Notes under the pieces: generated by a model
The model's database searches: none
Told to the model about the DNA's origin: nothing
The model's input: the letters and a program-made list of their open reading frames with translations, nothing else
Shown here: positions 60,561 through 64,000 of the stretch, piece after piece
Layout: each line of letters opens with the position of its first letter
Numbering within the stretch: the first letter of the stretch is position 1
Program-made: the position numbers and the translations under genes
From: a bacterium
GTDB taxonomy: Bacteria > Acidobacteriota > Blastocatellia > HR10
DNA: 64,000 nt
Assembly (NCBI GenBank): GCA_041640655.1
Contig: JBEPZV010000004.1
Location: 67,264 to 131,263, forward strand
Direction of reading: 5' to 3'

Positions 60561-62291
60561 ATGTCGCGGAGCGAGAAGTATCGTGAGGAGATCGAACGAC
60601 TCCTGGAGTTGGGACGGGAGAAGTCCTATCTCACCTTCGACGACATCAATCGCACGCTCCCGGAGGATTTGGTCTCTCCCGAGGACATCGAGGCGATCCT
60701 GGAGACGATTGATTCGGCGGGGATTCAGGTGGGCGAAGCCGAGGAGATCGAGAGCGAGCTGCTCTCGGCACCTCTCCGCCCCTCAAGGAAGGAAGAGGAA
60801 GAATCGGTGCTCTCGGAGGAGGAGGAAGAAGGCGAGAGCCCGCACGATCCCGTGCGCATCTATTTTCGGGAGATGGCCCTCACGCCGCTGCTCACGCGCG
60901 AGGGGGAGATCGCGCTGGCCAAGCGCATCGAGCGGGGGCGGCGGCGGCTGCAGAAGGCGCTCTCGCGCTCGCCCATCGTTATCGAGGAGGTCCTTCGGGC
61001 GGGGCAGGAGCTGCTCTGCGGTCAGCTCAATATCCGCGACTTCATCGCCATACCGGATCATGAGCCGATGACCGATCTGGTGCTCGCGCAGCGGCAGGGG
61101 GAGACGCTGCGCGCCATCTCGGAGATCGGTCGGCTCTATGCGGAGGCCACTCGACTCGCCGAGCAGCTGCAGAAGGAGCGGCGGATGAGCCGACACGGAG
61201 GGCGGCCCCGACGCCTCGCCTTTCGCCTGGCGCGACGGCGGATCGAGGTCGCCCGCCGGATCGCTCAATTGGAATTCACGCCGCGGTTCCAACAGCGGCT
61301 GGTTCGCGCCGTGCAGCGCGTCGCTGAGGAGATCCGGGAGCTGGAGGAGCGCATCACGCAAGCGCTCCATGAGATCGAATTCGCCCCGAAGAAGAGCGAG
61401 CAAGAAGCCCGCTGGAAACGGGAGGTGCAGGCTGCCCGTCGTCGGCTCAAGGAGATCGAAGCGCATTATCACACTTCCGCCTTCGAGATCAAGCGGTCGT
61501 TGCAGGCGATCACGCAGAGCGAGGCCGAGATGATGCAAGCCAAGAATGAGATGGTGGAGGCGAACTTGCGCTTGGTCGTCTCCATCGCGCGGCGCTACGT
61601 CAATCGCGGCCTCCACATCCTCGATCTCATCCAGGAAGGGAATATCGGATTGATGAAGGCCGTCGAGAAGTTCGACTATCGGCGTGGGCACAAGTTCTCC
61701 ACCTACGCGACGTGGTGGATCCGGCAGGCGATCGCGCGCGCCATCGCCGATCAGGCGCGAACAATCCGCATCCCGGTGCATCTGCTGGAGACGATCAATA
61801 AGATCGCGCGCACGTCGCGCCAGATCCTGCAGGAGACCGGGCGTGAGCCCACGCTGGAGGAAGTCGCCGCGCGCCTGGCCATGCCGGTGCCGAAGATTCG
61901 CCGCATCTTGCGCGTCATGCAAGAGCCGATCTCGCTGGAGACGCCCATCGGCGACGATGAGACGGCTCATCTGGGGGATTTCCTCGAGGATGTCAAATCG
62001 CCGAATCCGATGGACATCGTCATCGCCAACAGCTTGCGCCAGGTCACCGAGGAGGTGCTCAAGACGCTCACCCCTCGCGAGGAGAAGGTCATCAAGATGC
62101 GGTTTGGGCTGGACGCCGACGGGACGGAGCACACGTTGGAGGAGATCGGTCGCCACTTCGCCGTGACGCGCGAGCGCATCCGGCAGATCGAGGCGAAGGC
62201 GCTCAAGAAACTGCGCCATCCCCGGCGCGTGGGCAAGCTGCGGGGATTCTACGATGGCGCGACCGATCTGGAAGGAAGCGTGAAGAAGTAG
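60561..62291 (+). CDS. rpoD: RNA polymerase primary-type sigma70 factor
   Basis: Regions 1.1-4 present; [35 protein letters not shown]; follows dnaG. Confidence 0.9.
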   Translation: MSRSEKYREEIERLLELGREKSYLTFDDINRTLPEDLVSPEDIEAILETIDSAGIQVGEAEEIESELLSAPLRPSRKEEEESVLSEEEEEGESPHDPVRIYFREMALTPLLTREGEIALAKRIERGRRRLQKALSRSPIVIEEVLRAGQELLCGQLNIRDFIAIPDHEPMTDLVLAQRQGETLRAISEIGRLYAEATRLAEQLQKERRMSRHGGRPRRLAFRLARRRIEVARRIAQLEFTPRFQQRLVRAVQRVAEEIRELEERITQALHEIEFAPKKSEQEARWKREVQAARRRLKEIEAHYHTSAFEIKRSLQAITQSEAEMMQAKNEMVEANLRLVVSIARRYVNRGLHILDLIQEGNIGLMKAVEKFDYRRGHKFSTYATWWIRQAIARAIADQARTIRIPVHLLETINKIARTSRQILQETGREPTLEEVAARLAMPVPKIRRILRVMQEPISLETPIGDDETAHLGDFLEDVKSPNPMDIVIANSLRQVTEEVLKTLTPREEKVIKMRFGLDADGTEHTLEEIGRHFAVTRERIRQIEAKALKKLRHPRRVGKLRGFYDGATDLEGSVKK

Positions 62292-62465
62292 AGGCCCGGC
62301 GCATCCGGCCTTCGCTCCTCGGGAACGAGCCGCCGCTCCTCGACGTATGGGCAGGATGTGGGACGCATTCGAAGGCACGTGGGTGAAGTCGTGAGCGCGC
62401 TGTGGGAGCGGACGAGAGGGCGGATCAGCGGGCAGCAGCCCCTCCGGAGGGAGATGGTGGGGGAC

Positions 62466-62912
62466 ATGACGATCTACTGCCCACGCTGCGGGCGGCCCTG
62501 CCGTTCATCGCAGAGATTCTGCACCGGATGCGGCCTGCACGTCCCCACCATCCTTCAAGCCCTCGAGGGAGCATCCGAGCAGCTCGCCCGACGCGTGAAA
62601 GCTCTGCGATCCGGCCTTCAGACGATGTTCTCCGGGATCGGCCTGACCCTGTTCTTCTATTTCTTCTTCGACCACAGCGTGGGATTCGCCGCTATTGGCC
62701 TGATGGTCTTCTTCACCGGCTTGGGGCAGGTGCTGAGTGCGATGCTCTTCGCTCCGCCGACCTTGCGCCTTCAATGGCGCTTCCCTTCGCCGCCCGAGGC
62801 GGAGGCGTCACTCCCGCCGCCGGACGCGCGTGTTGACGTGATGACGCGCGATCTCGCGGAGCCGCCGACAATCCCCCTGAACGATACGCGCCCCTCGCGT
62901 CCACCCGCGTGA
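62466..62912 (+). CDS. Zinc-ribbon membrane protein
   Basis: CPRCG..FCTGCG followed by two TM helices. Confidence 0.75.
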   Translation: MTIYCPRCGRPCRSSQRFCTGCGLHVPTILQALEGASEQLARRVKALRSGLQTMFSGIGLTLFFYFFFDHSVGFAAIGLMVFFTGLGQVLSAMLFAPPTLRLQWRFPSPPEAEASLPPPDARVDVMTRDLAEPPTIPLNDTRPSRPPA

Positions 62913-62956
62913 TCTTCTCGCCGCGCGCTCTCTAGTCCCACGCGGAGAAGGTGATG

Positions 62957-62985
62957 TTGACTCCACTCGGAAAAAACCATATAGT
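62957..62985 (+). promoter_or_regulatory. sigma70 promoter
   Basis: TTGACT-N17-TATAGT. Confidence 0.65.
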
Positions 62986-63140
62986 AAAGCCCTCTTCGTC
63001 AGTCTGAAGGGGCGTGAGATGGCGAGAGGGCATGCCGGAGAATGTGTGAACAGCCCTCACCATCAGGGCGACGTATCACGGGACCCCCACCTCCGGTCTC
63101 TCGACAAGACCTCGACTCTGCGATTTGAGGAGGAAGAGTC

Positions 63141-64000
63141 ATGCAAGGATGGGCGCGATTCCTCTCCATAGCGCTTTTGACTGCCGCCCAGGTGGATTTG
63201 GATCCGGACGCCTTCAGCTTCGGACCATATGAAGCCGTGCGGCAGCAGGCGTGGAATACTTGCCAGGCCTATGCCGCTCAAGGGGCTGGCGCCTATTTGA
63301 GCTGCGTGCAGAGTATCCTGAACTATTTATGCCCTGTTTCGGCCCTCAATAGCCTCGCGTGCACGGTCGCCGCGACGACGCCTTATCCCTTCCCTGGCCG
63401 GGATGTGCTCACGGCGCAGGAGTATCAGGTAGAGATCGCAGATGGACTCGAACGAGAGTTGGATCCCCAAACGAAGCAGGTCAGACGCCAGCAGCGTATC
63501 CCCTCGGGGCTCTTTTACACCTTGAGCCGTCAGAGCAACGGGCTTTACCTGGGGACGGGTTATAACCGGAACGGACAGCCGACCTCCCGGTACTGGGTCA
63601 ACGCTCGGTGTGAATTGACCGATGCTCAAGGACGGCCCATTATGGACGGGCAGCTCTGCCCCTTTTTCACGGAGGACAAGCCATACCTGGTCATCCTCAC
63701 CCCTCGCCCGTCGTACAGCGGTTTGCCCCCCTTCCCTCACGACCTGCCGGGGGCGTTGATCTTTCAACGAGGGCGGCTCACGGATGATTTCGACCAGGAT
63801 GGGGTGATCGAGGTGGGATACCTGAGGACGGGGGGAACGAGCGGTCGCGAGTTCACATCGGGCACGGTGACGGTCTTCGCCTATGATCCCGGGACGAAGC
63901 TCTTGAAGTTCCTCTACTATTCTGAAGCCCGGGAGAGCGATAACCCGTACACGTCGTACGTCTACGAGCGGTGGCTCTTCTTCCGGGTCCGCATGCGTTC
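63141..64000 (+). CDS. Secreted hypothetical protein (runs off the window)
   Basis: Translated by hand: MQGWARFLSIALLTAAQVDLDPDAFSFGPYE...; open to 64000; GAGGAGG RBS. Confidence 0.75.
   Translation, partial: MQGWARFLSIALLTAAQVDLDPDAFSFGPYEAVRQQAWNTCQAYAAQGAGAYLSCVQSILNYLCPVSALNSLACTVAATTPYPFPGRDVLTAQEYQVEIADGLERELDPQTKQVRRQQRIPSGLFYTLSRQSNGLYLGTGYNRNGQPTSRYWVNARCELTDAQGRPIMDGQLCPFFTEDKPYLVILTPRPSYSGLPPFPHDLPGALIFQRGRLTDDFDQDGVIEVGYLRTGGTSGREFTSGTVTVFAYDPGTKLLKFLYYSEARESDNPYTSYVYERWLFFRVRMR

Overview
GC-rich (roughly 65%) bacterial chromosome segment. Gene content and style (carboxypeptidase-domain TonB receptor, TPR proteins, FG-GAP protein) suggest an Acidobacteria/Blastocatellia-like organism; this is inference only. 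Most of the window is housekeeping: a LacI-iolBCD-TonB receptor inositol operon, a porin-pstSCAB-phoU-phoBR phosphate operon, htpX-grpE-clp, folP, aspA, lysS, ftsY, nfi, terC, nadB, recA, fdhD/fdhF-like, radC, lacD-like, rluD, moaA, rnj, uppP, recG, GT2, pepP and mutS2-dnaG-rpoD. No tRNA, rRNA, CRISPR array or transposase was recognised. Four things stand out. (1) A two-gene cassette at 7261-9073 pairs a TPR protein fused directly to a Fis-type HTH with a small secreted precursor carrying a repeated GVTAGG[KR]P motif; it is a candidate RRNPP-like peptide signalling system in a diderm. (2) A ~0.9 kb promoter-driven, multi-helix stretch with no recognisable protein (26500-27416) is a candidate large ncRNA. 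(3) A Clp/Hsp100 ATPase lacks both pore-loop tyrosines. (4) A four-unit, 11-bp-phased PHO-box array lies upstream of the phosphate operon.
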